DNA of 64,000 nucleotides from Candidatus Nealsonbacteria bacterium DGGOD1a (lineage in GTDB: Bacteria; Patescibacteriota; Minisyncoccia; Minisyncoccales; UBA5738). The notes under the pieces were generated by a model. It was given only the letters and a program-made list of their open reading frames with translations. It made no database searches and was not told the origin of the DNA. Every line of letters starts with the position of its first letter. Positions within the stretch are counted from its first letter, which is position 1. The stretch lies in NCBI GenBank assembly GCA_022530585.1, contig CP092821.1, forward strand, positions 1,025,509-1,089,508. Direction: 5' to 3'. The position numbers and the translations under genes are program-made. Shown piece by piece: positions 10,601 to 20,716 of the stretch.

Positions 10601-10708
10601 AATCATAAAATCATAAAAACATAAGAGCATAAAAATACAAATTTGGTACTTTATTTTTTTGTGATCTTGTAATTTTATGATCCTATACTTTTATGATTTT
10701 ATGATTTT
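10601..10708. repeat. AT-rich imperfect palindrome of ~8-nt tandem units
   Basis: (AATCATAA)-like units facing (TTATGATT)-like units. Confidence 0.6.
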
Positions 10709-11381
10709 ACGGGTTCAGCACGATGATTTTCGCTTCTTCGGCCGCGATTTCTTTTTTCTTGATCGTCAATTTCGGCAACGGCTCAAGTTGTCCCACTCCG
10801 GCGGCTTTCAAAAATTCTTTAAGGTTGCCGGCATCGAGTTTCAATTTCGGAATTTCATAATTCATCGGAATGGCAATGCTGGGTTCGATCTGCGACACAA
10901 TCTTGAGCGCGTCTTTGGCGCCAATCTTTTGGCCGTCGCCCACGGGAAACATCAAAATATCGATGTTGCCGATCTTTTCTATCTGCCCTTGCGTCAATTC
11001 CGCTTCTTTCAGATTCCCCAAATGGCAAAGCTTCATCTCTTCGGTTTCAATGGTATAGATCACGCTGCCTTCTTTGCCCGTCTGCGCGAGCGCTTCCGCG
11101 GTTTTGCCGAAATTGGAATTGATTCCCCGGATATAAATATCTTTTATTTCGTATTCCCCCGGCCCGTCAACGACAAAAGCGCCGGCCGCGGCTTTTTTTA
11201 TGTCGGACGGATCGGCGGTGTAATCATGATTGGTCAGCAAAACCACCTGGGCATCGGTTTTGAAAGATCTCAAACCGGTTTTGGCTTCATTTAAAGGATC
11301 CGCCAAAACCGTGATGTGCTCCCCCTTGCCCTTGGCGATAATCAATTCAAAACAAGATTGCCCGTGCCAAATTATTTGCAT
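10707..11381 (-). CDS. MBL-fold metallo-hydrolase (degenerate metal motif)
   Basis: IIWHGQSCF, DGPGEYEIK, CHLGNL, IAIPMNY. Confidence 0.8.
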   Translation of the reverse strand: MQIIWHGQSCFELIIAKGKGEHITVLADPLNEAKTGLRSFKTDAQVVLLTNHDYTADPSDIKKAAAGAFVVDGPGEYEIKDIYIRGINSNFGKTAEALAQTGKEGSVIYTIETEEMKLCHLGNLKEAELTQGQIEKIGNIDILMFPVGDGQKIGAKDALKIVSQIEPSIAIPMNYEIPKLKLDAGNLKEFLKAAGVGQLEPLPKLTIKKKEIAAEEAKIIVLNP

Positions 11382-11522
11382 AAATTTGTTTCCGATTCAA
11401 AAATCACGCTTCTCCCGTTTAGACGGGACAATCTTTGATTTTAGCACATTAAAAAATCTAATTCAAACGCTTTCGCCCGACCCGAAAATTACGCGCGAAA
11501 AACCGCCCGGACGGCAAACCTG

Positions 11523-12098
11523 TTATTTTCCTTTGCGCAAATAATCTTGAATTTCAATATAGACGCTTTCGATCCTTCCGGGGAAATCCGCGATATCGCA
11601 ATCGTTATCAACCGTAAAGTTGGCCATTTCAACGCATTCTTTTATCTGCTGGCTTGACGACAGTTGCGATTCCAGCTCATCGGCTTCAAACTTCTTAAAC
11701 TCCTCGAAACTGATGATCTCCTTTTCGTTCTTGCGATTCCTGTCGATTATCCGCTTGAATCTCGTTTCAACGGGAGCGTCAACCGCCGTCAAAATAAAAT
11801 TGCCGGCTTTCTTGAGTTCCTTGATTTCATTTGGATTTCTGATGCTGGTGACAACATAATTTTTGCTTTCATCCATCCGGTCCAAAGCAAGCTTGGCAAG
11901 GATCCCCGGACCGGAAATTTCACGCATCCGGTTGCCCACATCGTGCAGATTGTGCCGCGCCAACTCCAATCCCTGCCGCGCGGTTTCTTCGCGGATGAAA
12001 TCCGAAAGCGAAATATGAATGAATCCTTTGTTGGAAACGATATATTGCGCAAACGTATCTTTCCCCGAACCATTGTTCCCCGTAACGCCGATAATCAT
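11523..12098 (-). CDS. P-loop nucleoside/nucleotide kinase-like protein (UPF0200/dephospho-CoA-kinase-like)
   Basis: IIGVTGNNGSGKDT; SIRNPNEI; VDAPVETRFKR. Confidence 0.7.
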   Translation of the reverse strand: MIIGVTGNNGSGKDTFAQYIVSNKGFIHISLSDFIREETARQGLELARHNLHDVGNRMREISGPGILAKLALDRMDESKNYVVTSIRNPNEIKELKKAGNFILTAVDAPVETRFKRIIDRNRKNEKEIISFEEFKKFEADELESQLSSSQQIKECVEMANFTVDNDCDIADFPGRIESVYIEIQDYLRKGK

Positions 12099-12104
12099 AA
12101 TTAC

Positions 12105-12247
12105 TAAATCCGAAGCGCGAAATTCGAATATCGAAACAATATCGAATTTCCAAAATCTGAATGACCAAAACGGAATTCCATTTTAATCATTTTTAATTTC
12201 GATATTTGATATTGTTTCGGATTTCGATATTCGATATTCGGATTTTA
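12105..12247. repeat. AT-rich imperfect palindrome of ~7-nt tandem units
   Basis: (AATATCG)-like units facing (CGATATT)-like units. Confidence 0.6.
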
Positions 12248-12252
12248 CAGTT

Positions 12253-12906
12253 TTATTTAAGTCTTTCTTCAATCTCCTTTAAAATTTTTGCCGCCAGATC
12301 TTTGCCGCCCAAACCGAGCGCCAAACCCACCGCCAAGGAAATCGTCACCACAATACCCACGAATATCGCCAACACCAGCGGCGCGATAATTTTTAATTGG
12401 TATAATATCGCCAAAACCGCCAGAGTCCAAATCGTGCCCGACACGCATTTGGACAAAAAACGGGAATAAACGAATTTATCTTTTCCCAAATTGTCCGCCA
12501 AAGTCCTCTGGGAAAAATCCGCGAAAAACACCGCCACCGCGAAGATAATGAACGCGATAAAGATATTAAAGAAATAAACTACGGCCGCGCTCAAAAGCTG
12601 GCTCAACTGCGCCAGTTGCAAAATGCCGGCGCTCACCATCAGAAAAAACAACAACACCCAAACCTCAACCGCCTTGCCGAACAATTTCGCGATGGTCAAA
12701 TCGCGCCAAACCCGGCCAACCGGCTCATCCCAACCCAGCCGCTTGATAGTCTGGTTTAACTTGGTATTGCCAAAAACCTGCGCCGCCTTGTTGCCGATCT
12801 CGTAGGCGAAATACCAGCCGAACAATCCAATCGCCGCCGCCGACGCCAGATCGAACATTGAATCGGAAAATCTTCCGGCAATGTAATTCAATATATTTTC
12901 GAACAT
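12253..12906 (-). CDS. Mechanosensitive-channel-related TM-helix protein (CmpX-like)
   Basis: Multiple TM helices; C-terminal LAVGLALGLGGKDLA. Confidence 0.65.
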   Translation of the reverse strand: MFENILNYIAGRFSDSMFDLASAAAIGLFGWYFAYEIGNKAAQVFGNTKLNQTIKRLGWDEPVGRVWRDLTIAKLFGKAVEVWVLLFFLMVSAGILQLAQLSQLLSAAVVYFFNIFIAFIIFAVAVFFADFSQRTLADNLGKDKFVYSRFLSKCVSGTIWTLAVLAILYQLKIIAPLVLAIFVGIVVTISLAVGLALGLGGKDLAAKILKEIEERLK

Positions 12907-12910
12907 GAAC

Positions 12911-13007
12911 TTAATAAGATCATACGATTATAAGATCATTAAATCATAAATCCAAATTTCTTTTTTATGATTTTATGTTTTTATAATCTTGTGATTCTAT
13001 GATTTTT
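12911..13007. repeat. AT-rich imperfect palindrome of ~8-nt tandem units
   Basis: (GATCATAA)-like units facing (TTATGATT)-like units; same family as 10601-10708. Confidence 0.55.
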
Positions 13008-13579
13008 TACCATTTTGCTTTATGCAATCCCAAATCATACCCGAATCGATTGAACAATAGATGCAAAAAGAATGTCATTATGAAAACCGCCGGCCACACA
13101 ATCAAATCGCCGGACAAATAACGGCCGATGTAAGGCTCCAGAAAAATAAAACTGCCGATCACATAGTTAGTCTGGTCCCAGGGCATAAACGACGCGCCCG
13201 GCGCCAAATTCAACCGCCGCTTGATAAACGCCGCGGCCAAATCCCCGGTCACCGCTCCGCCGGAAATCAAGAAAGCGAACGCCCAGAGATTTACCGATTT
13301 GTAGTCGAGAATCGAAAGCTCTATGGCCCAGGAAAATTTATACAGCCACCATTGCAACAGCGCTACGCCCGCGCCCACCGCCATGGCTCCGATCAAACCG
13401 CGCCAGGTTTTATGATCCCCGAATATCCGCTTGCCCCGCCAGCTCTTGCCAAAATCAACCGGCTTGGCGAAAAAATCAAATGCCTTCGCGTTCCTAAGCA
13501 AAGGCGGCGTCATATTGGCAAAATATGCCGGCAAAAAGAAATACAAGCACGAAATTAAAAAAATAAAATCAAAATCCAT
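13007..13579 (-). CDS. carS: CDP-archaeol synthase-like (CarS/DUF46) cytidylyltransferase
   Basis: LPAYFANMTP, PVDFG, RIFGDHKTWRG, GDLAAAFIKRR, PWDQ. Confidence 0.8.
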   Translation of the reverse strand: MDFDFIFLISCLYFFLPAYFANMTPPLLRNAKAFDFFAKPVDFGKSWRGKRIFGDHKTWRGLIGAMAVGAGVALLQWWLYKFSWAIELSILDYKSVNLWAFAFLISGGAVTGDLAAAFIKRRLNLAPGASFMPWDQTNYVIGSFIFLEPYIGRYLSGDLIVWPAVFIMTFFLHLLFNRFGYDLGLHKAKW

Positions 13580-13630
13580 ATCCGACCGCTGTTTATTGAT
13601 ACAATACAACTATATGCTAAAATTTCAAAT

Positions 13631-14314
13631 ATGATCAAGTGCGACCTGCATATCCACAGCAAATATTCGTTCGACGGCATGGCCGATCCCAAGAAGATCG
13701 TCGATCTGGCCGTTAAGCGCGGGATTCAATGCATTGCCGTCGCCGACCACGGCAACATCAACGGTTCGTTAAAAGCCGCCGAATACGCCAAAAAAAATAA
13801 TCTGCCCATTCTCATTATAATCTCTGAAGAGGTTAAATCCAAATCCGGCGATATCCTCGGGCTTAATATCAAAGAATCGATCCCCGACCACTTATCGGCC
13901 GAAGAATCGATCGCGCGCATCCACGGCCAAGGCGGCCTGGCCATCGTGGCCCACCCTTTCGGGTTGTGGTGCGGCTTTAAAGACAATCTGGAAAATTATC
14001 TTGGCCAAATCGACGGCATTGAAATTTTAAACTCTTCGGTATTCAGCGGCAACGAAACCGCGGCGGCGTTCGCGAAAAAGCACAACCTGCCGTTTACCGC
14101 CGGCTCCGACGCGCATTTTGCCAACCATTTCATCGGTAAAACTTGGCTGGAATTGCCGCTTGATTATTCGCCAACTCTCACCGCGGAAACGGTTATCGCC
14201 GCGATCAAACAAAAAAAAGGCGCGGCTGGCGGCAAAATGGCCTCGTTTATCGAAAAAGCCATCGACCACCCTTTCCGCACCCTGGCGAAACTGAAAAGTT
14301 TAGTAAAAAAATAA
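13631..14314 (+). CDS. PHP-domain metal-dependent phosphoesterase
   Basis: DLHIHSKYSFDG, ADH, AHPF, GSDAH. Confidence 0.9.
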   Translation: MIKCDLHIHSKYSFDGMADPKKIVDLAVKRGIQCIAVADHGNINGSLKAAEYAKKNNLPILIIISEEVKSKSGDILGLNIKESIPDHLSAEESIARIHGQGGLAIVAHPFGLWCGFKDNLENYLGQIDGIEILNSSVFSGNETAAAFAKKHNLPFTAGSDAHFANHFIGKTWLELPLDYSPTLTAETVIAAIKQKKGAAGGKMASFIEKAIDHPFRTLAKLKSLVKK

Positions 14315-14321
14315 GTAAATT

Positions 14322-14428
14322 GCTTTGAATTGCGAAACGCTTTGCATTTTGGGGTCGTTCCCCTGTGTAATCACAGGGGTGCGACCCCTTCAATAGTATT
14401 TGGATTTAATAGTTTCGTAATTCAAAGT
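14322..14428. mobile_element. 107-bp MITE with IS982-type TIRs
   Basis: GCTTTGAATTGCGAAAC / GTTTCGTAATTCAAAGT; AAATT duplicated on both sides; near-identical to 37286-37392. Confidence 0.8.
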
Positions 14429-14554
14429 AAATTAAAAATTTACAAAATTTAACTTTCCAAAAAATTTTCCGTAAGTAACGCTTTATTTTAAGTTCAAATT
14501 TATCAATTTTTTCCAAAAATGAAATTTATGGAATATACTCCATAAATTTAAAAT

Positions 14555-14983
14555 TCAACCGCCGGACACATTTTCAAAATGCGAGAGCTTGAATTTGGGG
14601 CCGAGGAGTTTTTGCACCAACATTGAACGGTCGTCGGGCAAAAGCTCCACGGCAATCACATCGATTTGCCATTTGGAATTAAGCGGAATTCGATTCTTTA
14701 TCAGCCACATTTCCGCGGCTTTGGCGATCTTCCATTTTTTCGTTTCATTAACTTTATCCTGCGCCAAAAATTTGTTGTTGGCTTTGATGGTCTTCACCTC
14801 CACGAACGCGAAAACATCGCGTTTTTTGGCAATAATATCCACTTCGGCGATTTTGGGACCGTGCGACGCGCGCAAGAAATAATTTCTCTCCAAAATTCGG
14901 TATCCCCTGCTTCGCAGATAATCCGCCGCGATTTTTTCACCCCGCGCCCCGGTTATTTTGGTATTTGCCATATTCATTGTCAA
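14555..14983 (-). CDS. yraN: YraN (UPF0102) family protein
   Basis: GARGEKIAADYL, ILERNY, EVDII, FVEVKT. Confidence 0.85.
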   Translation of the reverse strand: MTMNMANTKITGARGEKIAADYLRSRGYRILERNYFLRASHGPKIAEVDIIAKKRDVFAFVEVKTIKANNKFLAQDKVNETKKWKIAKAAEMWLIKNRIPLNSKWQIDVIAVELLPDDRSMLVQKLLGPKFKLSHFENVSGG

Positions 14984-15632
14984 GCCGGACTTTCAAGCGC
15001 CGGGTATTTACCAAGGAAATCGTAAAATATATCGCCACAACCAAAATAATAATGGCGATAAACGCCGCCAAGCCGATGAAATTGTTATAGGCTTCCCACC
15101 ACGGTTTCCCGAAAAAATCCTGTTTCACGGCCGGTAAAACCGACAATGTCCGCAAAAACCGGCCCGGCGATAAATTTTCGGCCTTTCCTATCGCCAAAAC
15201 ATAATTACCGCTGTTGCCCGAATTATAAACCTCAACCCGATAATTTCCGGCGGACGCCGGCACTTCATATTCCGGCCCTTTAACATAATAATCGTTGGCA
15301 AACGGTTCGTATGCCACCAGCCAAACCGCATCGTCGCTGTTTAATGCCGCCAGTAATTTCCCGTCTTTATAAACTTTTGCTGAAAAATCCTGCCGGGCGC
15401 CGTCGGCTTGCGGCGACAACAAATTCAAATACAACAAGAACCGTTTGGCCGAATCGATCGAATAAACCGCCGGCTTGCCTTGCAGCCAGCCATAATAAGT
15501 TTTAGAAATTTCCGGCTCATCGACCGTGATCCCGGAATTACTCCCCGCCATATAAGGCAAATACGCCGAAGCCGGCGCGGCCATGGCAAAAAAACAAACA
15601 AAGATCGCCAACGGCAAAAATCTTTTTCCCAT
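14937..15632 (-). CDS. Hypothetical secreted/membrane-anchored protein
   Basis: Signal-like N-terminus from MGKRFLPL; YEPF motif; C-terminal TM helix. Confidence 0.6.
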   Translation of the reverse strand: MGKRFLPLAIFVCFFAMAAPASAYLPYMAGSNSGITVDEPEISKTYYGWLQGKPAVYSIDSAKRFLLYLNLLSPQADGARQDFSAKVYKDGKLLAALNSDDAVWLVAYEPFANDYYVKGPEYEVPASAGNYRVEVYNSGNSGNYVLAIGKAENLSPGRFLRTLSVLPAVKQDFFGKPWWEAYNNFIGLAAFIAIIILVVAIYFTISLVNTRRLKVRLDNEYGKYQNNRGAG

Positions 15633-15914
15633 ATGATTACAGGATACCAAAATCGCGTTTATTGACAAATGGGTCTGTTGCCGAATTGGCTTCAGAACGA
15701 AATTTTCAGTTTTCGAGCGAAAAGAATGAAGAATGAGGAGGCATATTTAAGCTAAATCCGGCGGCGAATGATGAATTCTTTGCCGCCGAAAAATGGAAAT
15801 TGCGGTTGACAACAGACCCAAACAGCCGTTATTAAAAATATATTCCATTTTATAGCGGCATTTTTTACGCTATAATGATTTTGTATTTGGTTCTATATTC
15901 TAAATTACGCCCCA

Positions 15915-16319
15915 ATGAACGCAACAAAAAAACTGGCCGCCGCGTTATTCTTTCTCATTGTCGCTTCGTCGTTCACGATAACCGGCCTGGCCAAAGAAAG
16001 AAAAATCTCCGCGACCGGCGACGACCGCAAAACCCCCGCGTTTGTTTTGTATTACGGAAACGGCTGTCCCCATTGCGAAATCGTCGAAGAATATCTTGAT
16101 CAAAACGACCCGGAAAATAAACTGGGTGTTGTTCAAAAAGAAATTTGGAACAATCCGGCGAATAAAAACGAAATGGTTGAACTCGCGCGCGCCTGCGGCC
16201 TGGATATGGGCAAATTGGGCGTGCCGATGCTCCAAGACGAAGAAACCGGCAAATGCTATGGCGGCCAGACCGACAAAGGATCGGATGAGATCATAAATTT
16301 CTTGGCACGGAACAAATAA
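15915..16319 (+). CDS. Exported thioredoxin/glutaredoxin-like protein
   Basis: Signal peptide; CPHC; cis-Pro loop GVP. Confidence 0.75.
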   Translation: MNATKKLAAALFFLIVASSFTITGLAKERKISATGDDRKTPAFVLYYGNGCPHCEIVEEYLDQNDPENKLGVVQKEIWNNPANKNEMVELARACGLDMGKLGVPMLQDEETGKCYGGQTDKGSDEIINFLARNK

Positions 16320-16323
16320 CACG

Positions 16324-16836
16324 ATGTTAAAAAAAACTTCATTATTTCTGGCTTTGTTCGCGGGATTGGCCGCCGCGCCGAAAACGCTGGCGGTTTGTCC
16401 GGCTTGCACCGTGGCCGTGGGCGCGGGCATCGGAATGTCGCGCTGGCTGGGAATCGATGACTCGATCACCGGCTTGTGGCTGGGCGGATTTTTGCTGTCA
16501 ATCAGTTTGTGGACCATCGACTGGCTGGACAGAAAAAAAATCCGTTTCTTGTTCAAGAAATTTTTCGTGATTCTGGCTTACTACGCGTCCGCGATCGTGC
16601 CGCTCCATTACGCCGAAATCATCGCCGATCCAACGGCATTCGCTTGTTCCTGCGCCAGCGATAAATTGATGCTTGGGATTATCGAAGGCACGGCCGTGTT
16701 TTTCTTCGCCGCCAAACTGTACGAATTTCTGAAACAGCGCAACAACGGCCATGCCCATTTCCCCTTTGAAAAAGTGGCTTTCCCGGTTGCGTTTTTGCTT
16801 GTTTTCACCATACTTTTCTATTTACTAACCAAATAA
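16324..16836 (+). CDS. Hypothetical membrane protein with a CxxC motif
   Basis: VCPACTVAV, GIDD, several TM helices. Confidence 0.7.
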   Translation: MLKKTSLFLALFAGLAAAPKTLAVCPACTVAVGAGIGMSRWLGIDDSITGLWLGGFLLSISLWTIDWLDRKKIRFLFKKFFVILAYYASAIVPLHYAEIIADPTAFACSCASDKLMLGIIEGTAVFFFAAKLYEFLKQRNNGHAHFPFEKVAFPVAFLLVFTILFYLLTK

Positions 16837-16839
16837 ACA

Positions 16840-17382
16840 ATGGAAACAAAAAATGCCGGCCCGATCAAAAATTTGGATGAATTCGTCGCCAAATTCGACG
16901 AAATGAAAAAAAAGGACAAGATGGATTTGTCCAGCGATCAAGACCTGACCGTGGCCATCATGAATTTGATCGGTATTGAAGAACATTTCTTTTTTACCGC
17001 CGAGAAAACCGGCAAAAAAGAATACTATGATTTCCTTTATGAAGTGCGCGAGATGCGCAAAGAGTTGCTAAAGAAAATCGTGGGCGAACCCGAAGGCGAA
17101 ATTTGGTGCATCTCCAAGCACCTGCTGGCCGCCTCCTACCGCCTGATGGAAGTGGGTACCAAACAACTGACGCTTGGCAAGAAAGAAGAAGCTTACCGGC
17201 TTTTTGAAAAATCTTTCAAGTGCTACACCCTCTTCTGGGGTTTGAATATGGGCGTTTTAAAAACCGGCGACATAAAAAAAATCGACGACGAAGCGATCAA
17301 CAAACACGACGATAATCCCCGCGGTTTCATGGGCAAACTCGGCGCCATGGTCAAAAAAGCCATCAACTGTTGCATTGAATAA
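16840..17382 (+). CDS. Hypothetical helical protein
   Basis: 180 aa, tightly coupled to the upstream gene; IEEH, WCISKHLL, C-terminal CCIE. Confidence 0.7.
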   Translation: METKNAGPIKNLDEFVAKFDEMKKKDKMDLSSDQDLTVAIMNLIGIEEHFFFTAEKTGKKEYYDFLYEVREMRKELLKKIVGEPEGEIWCISKHLLAASYRLMEVGTKQLTLGKKEEAYRLFEKSFKCYTLFWGLNMGVLKTGDIKKIDDEAINKHDDNPRGFMGKLGAMVKKAINCCIE

Positions 17383-17487
17383 ATTGGGTTCTTGCGTCGG
17401 GGCATTAGTCCCTCGCGGCCGGATTGCCGGCCGATGTTTCAAATGATCGTTCCCGCCTCAAGCAAACCAAAAAATACCGCCATGCGA

Positions 17488-18243
17488 TTATTCCGCGCCC
17501 CGAATCTTTTTTTCCAAATTCTTCAATTCATCGGCAAATTCCCCCATCGAGATCCGGTATGCCAGATAATTCGGAAACGCTATTTCGGTTCCCGACGGCA
17601 ATTTTATTTTTATTCCTCCATTTTTCTCCGGCGCCGGCGAAACTTTATTTTCCTGTTCGTCGAAACCGCCGCCTAAAACATTCTGCGGCTCTTCGCTTTC
17701 CGGCGCGCCGCCGATTTCCGGGACATCCAACCGCCCGTCTCTGGCGATTCCGGCGAAATTTATCGTTTCAACAAAATTGGCCGCGGCAATCGCCGCGGCC
17801 TTTTGCGTTATCCCATAATCCGCGGTCAATACCGCTCCCAAATTATTGGGCAAAAAATCGCCGGCAAATCGCGCGACCAGCGCCCGGTAAAGCGCCGGTT
17901 GCAGCGCCGCGGCGCCGATTTCGATAACGCAATTTTCTTCAGGATATTTAAAAATCGCCCGGGCGCGGACGGTAACCGAATAACGCCCGGCGAAACGCGA
18001 CAATAATCCAAAATGAACCAGCGCGCCCACCTTGCCCGAAACCGCGCCGGAAAACGAAGCATAACCCAATCCCTGCGCCAGCGCGGCGCGCGAATGCGGC
18101 CCCGCTCCCAGATTTTCATAGATTTTCTTGGCCGCCTCGACCGCCCGCGGCAGAGACAGCAACGGATACGCCGCGCTGCGGGATTTTTTCGCGGTCAAAT
18201 TCCGCGCTTTAAATTGTTTTCCACTGTTTTTGACCATTATCAA
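17488..18243 (-). CDS. Hypothetical protein (possible winged-helix DNA-binding domain)
   Basis: 251 aa; YPLLSL...ALAQGLGY...ALVHFGLL pattern; start uncertain. Confidence 0.55.
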   Translation of the reverse strand: MIMVKNSGKQFKARNLTAKKSRSAAYPLLSLPRAVEAAKKIYENLGAGPHSRAALAQGLGYASFSGAVSGKVGALVHFGLLSRFAGRYSVTVRARAIFKYPEENCVIEIGAAALQPALYRALVARFAGDFLPNNLGAVLTADYGITQKAAAIAAANFVETINFAGIARDGRLDVPEIGGAPESEEPQNVLGGGFDEQENKVSPAPEKNGGIKIKLPSGTEIAFPNYLAYRISMGEFADELKNLEKKIRGAE

Positions 18244-18556
18244 TAATTTTATCTTTTTTTATCTTATCAAAACCAACTCCGGAGCGCAAATTATAAAATC
18301 CGCTATGTCTTACAACCAAAATTCGCTTCAATCCCCAACTCCAACCACTTTTCCACAGGGTTGAGGATAAAATAATTATTTTTATCTTATTTTAAGATAA
18401 AATATGGAAACCAACCATGTGATTTGCCTGTGGATAAAACAAAAACCGCCGGTGATGGCGGAGCACGAAACCATATTTCAAGGTCATCTAATCAATGCCT
18501 GCATCAACACAACCCCTTTGAAAAAGCGCTTGCACTGCGTAGCTTTAGCGAAGCAG

Positions 18557-18629
18557 TGGACCTGACCGGGCTCGAACCGACGACCTCTTCGATGCCATCG
18601 AAGCGCTCTACCAACTGAGCTACAGGCCC
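18557..18629 (-). tRNA. tRNA-Ala(GGC)
   Basis: GGGCCTG TAGCTCAGTTGGTAGAGC G CTTCG AT GGC AT CGAAG ... TTCGAG ... CAGGTCC A; G3-U70 pair. Confidence 0.93.
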
Positions 18630-19291
18630 ATTATAATTTTGGGTATTTCCAAAAGTTCCCTTACAATATCCGCGGAAAAATAATCAATGCGGCAAACGCC
18701 CTTATATTCTAATTTTTTTGACGGTTTGTCAACCGTCCTTGGATCGATCCTTGCCTCATAAAATTGGTTTAAGGGTATTTTTGTAATATTCGCCCAAAAA
18801 TGTTCCAATTTTTGAATATTTTGATCTGCCCTGCATTGAACTGTGCAACGAAATTTTTTTTCATCCAATTTATAAACCCTTCTTAACAAAGATAAAAATA
18901 AACCGATCGTTAAGGGATCTGAATTTCCAAAATACAAACAGTGCCTTACATTTTTTCCGCCTTCCCCCAGATACAACATCGCCAGCGCGATTTTCGCGGT
19001 ATCCGCGCTTTTTATCACATCTGGCAGATGCCGATTAATTTCTCTATACCTTTCAATTTTCCGCTCTATTTTTTTATGGATGGCAATCACGGCGAATTTT
19101 CGCGCCTTTTGCAATGTAAACAACTTATACGCGGTCAACTTTTTCCCATAGCCAGACGGCAAAGGTATATCTTTGCACCATCCCGAGAGTGTGCTTTTGG
19201 GAATTTTAACATCTAGCAAACCGCATATTTCTTTATATGTTTTCCCATCTTTTCGCAATTTGATCGCTTGTTCTCTAAATTGTTTATGCAT
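18620..19291 (-). CDS. HTH plus LAGLIDADG-like hypothetical protein
   Basis: N-terminal HTH (GKTYKEI...IPKSTLSGW); ALAMLYLGEG, FGNSDP, YKGVCRI; stop codon lies inside tRNA-Ala. Confidence 0.65.
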   Translation of the reverse strand: MHKQFREQAIKLRKDGKTYKEICGLLDVKIPKSTLSGWCKDIPLPSGYGKKLTAYKLFTLQKARKFAVIAIHKKIERKIERYREINRHLPDVIKSADTAKIALAMLYLGEGGKNVRHCLYFGNSDPLTIGLFLSLLRRVYKLDEKKFRCTVQCRADQNIQKLEHFWANITKIPLNQFYEARIDPRTVDKPSKKLEYKGVCRIDYFSADIVRELLEIPKIIMGL

Positions 19292-19431
19292 TGATAATAT
19301 CGTACCATAGATTTTATCAATGTGGAATGAATTCAATTTTTCTATCAAAACAAAAAACGCATTCCGACGCTAATCGTCAATTTTCAATAAATCAAATTTG
19401 TGGTGGGACGCCAATCCCACGATTAGTGCAG

Positions 19432-19503
19432 TGCCCCTGCCAGGAATCGAACCTGGATCTAGAGCTTAGGAGTCTCTCGTTCTATCCATTGAACTATAGG
19501 GGC
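19432..19503 (-). tRNA. tRNA-Arg(CCU)
   Basis: GCCCCTA TAGTTCAATGGATAGAAC G AGAGA CT CCT AA GCTCT ... CCAGG TTCGATT CCTGG CAGGGGC A. Confidence 0.9.
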
Positions 19504-19655
19504 GGATACCTCCCGCCTGCCGGCGGGATAATTTTCAATTTTCAATTTTCAAATAAATACAAACAACGCGAGTCAAGGGAAGCTTAGCAAAAAAATGGCT
19601 TGTTGGCAACGAAATTAGGTGATAAAATGGCTGATAATCCGATAATCCAAAACAA

Positions 19656-20699
19656 ATGCCAAAACAAAGAATAACCCGCTCGCCGATCGTTTCGGTTGCC
19701 AAGAAAGTGTGTCCGGCGGTAATCACCATTGTCGTCTCCAAAGATGTTTCCAAAGTGGAAGGATTTTATTTTGTGCCGCTGGGAGACCAGCAAACCGTAA
19801 TTCCCAAGATCAACAATTCCAAAGAAAAAACCAAGATCGGCGGCGGATCGGGATTCGTCATTTCGCCGGACGGATATATTCTCACTTGCTCGCATGTGGT
19901 TGACGATGTCGATGCCAGCTATACCGCGATTATCGACCCGGAGCATAAATATGCCTGCCAAGTTCTGGCCAAAGACCCGCTAATCGATGTAGCGATTCTA
20001 AAAATCAACGCCGAACGGTTGCCAAGTTTAACAATGGGAAATTCGACAAAAATACAACTGGGCGAAGATGTGCTGGCCGTGGGCAATCCCATGGGAGAAT
20101 TCGACGATACCCTATCAGCCGGCATCGTTTCCGGTTTGAGCCGCAAAATCACCGCCTATGGCGGAAGCAAAATGCAGGAAACCAGCCTCCGCGGCCTGAT
20201 CCAAACCGACGCAGCCATCAACCCGGGAAATTCCGGCGGGCCGCTGGTGAATATGAACGCCGAAGCCATCGGCATCAATACCGCCATGGTTATGGGCGCG
20301 CAAAATCTGGGATTTGCCATCCCGGTCAACTATGCCAAAAAGATGCTTGACGAAGTTCTCAAATACGGCAAATTAAAACGGCCGTTCATGGGTATCCGCT
20401 ATGTGATCCTCAATGCCGAAATCACGCAGGCCAACAAGCTTCCGGTTGACTACGGCGCCTTGATCGTGCGCGAAACATTCGGCGAACCGGCGGTGATCCC
20501 GGGAAGCGCCGCGGACCTCGCCGGGTTGAAAGAATATGATATCATTTTGGAATTCGGCGGCCAAAAAATCTCCAATGAACGGCTGTTAACCGATATTCTG
20601 CAAGATTGCAAAATCGGAGACGAAATTCCAATAGCGGTGATGCGCGACGGCAAGATCATCAAACTTGGCATCCGATTGCTGGAAAAAAAGAGCTGCTAG
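19656..20699 (+). CDS. htrA: HtrA/DegP-family serine protease with a PDZ domain
   Basis: GSGF, TCSHV, D, QTDAAINPGNSGGPL; C-terminal PDZ; no signal peptide evident. Confidence 0.92.
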   Translation: MPKQRITRSPIVSVAKKVCPAVITIVVSKDVSKVEGFYFVPLGDQQTVIPKINNSKEKTKIGGGSGFVISPDGYILTCSHVVDDVDASYTAIIDPEHKYACQVLAKDPLIDVAILKINAERLPSLTMGNSTKIQLGEDVLAVGNPMGEFDDTLSAGIVSGLSRKITAYGGSKMQETSLRGLIQTDAAINPGNSGGPLVNMNAEAIGINTAMVMGAQNLGFAIPVNYAKKMLDEVLKYGKLKRPFMGIRYVILNAEITQANKLPVDYGALIVRETFGEPAVIPGSAADLAGLKEYDIILEFGGQKISNERLLTDILQDCKIGDEIPIAVMRDGKIIKLGIRLLEKKSC

Positions 20700-20716
20700 A
20701 ATTTTCCCGCAACATA

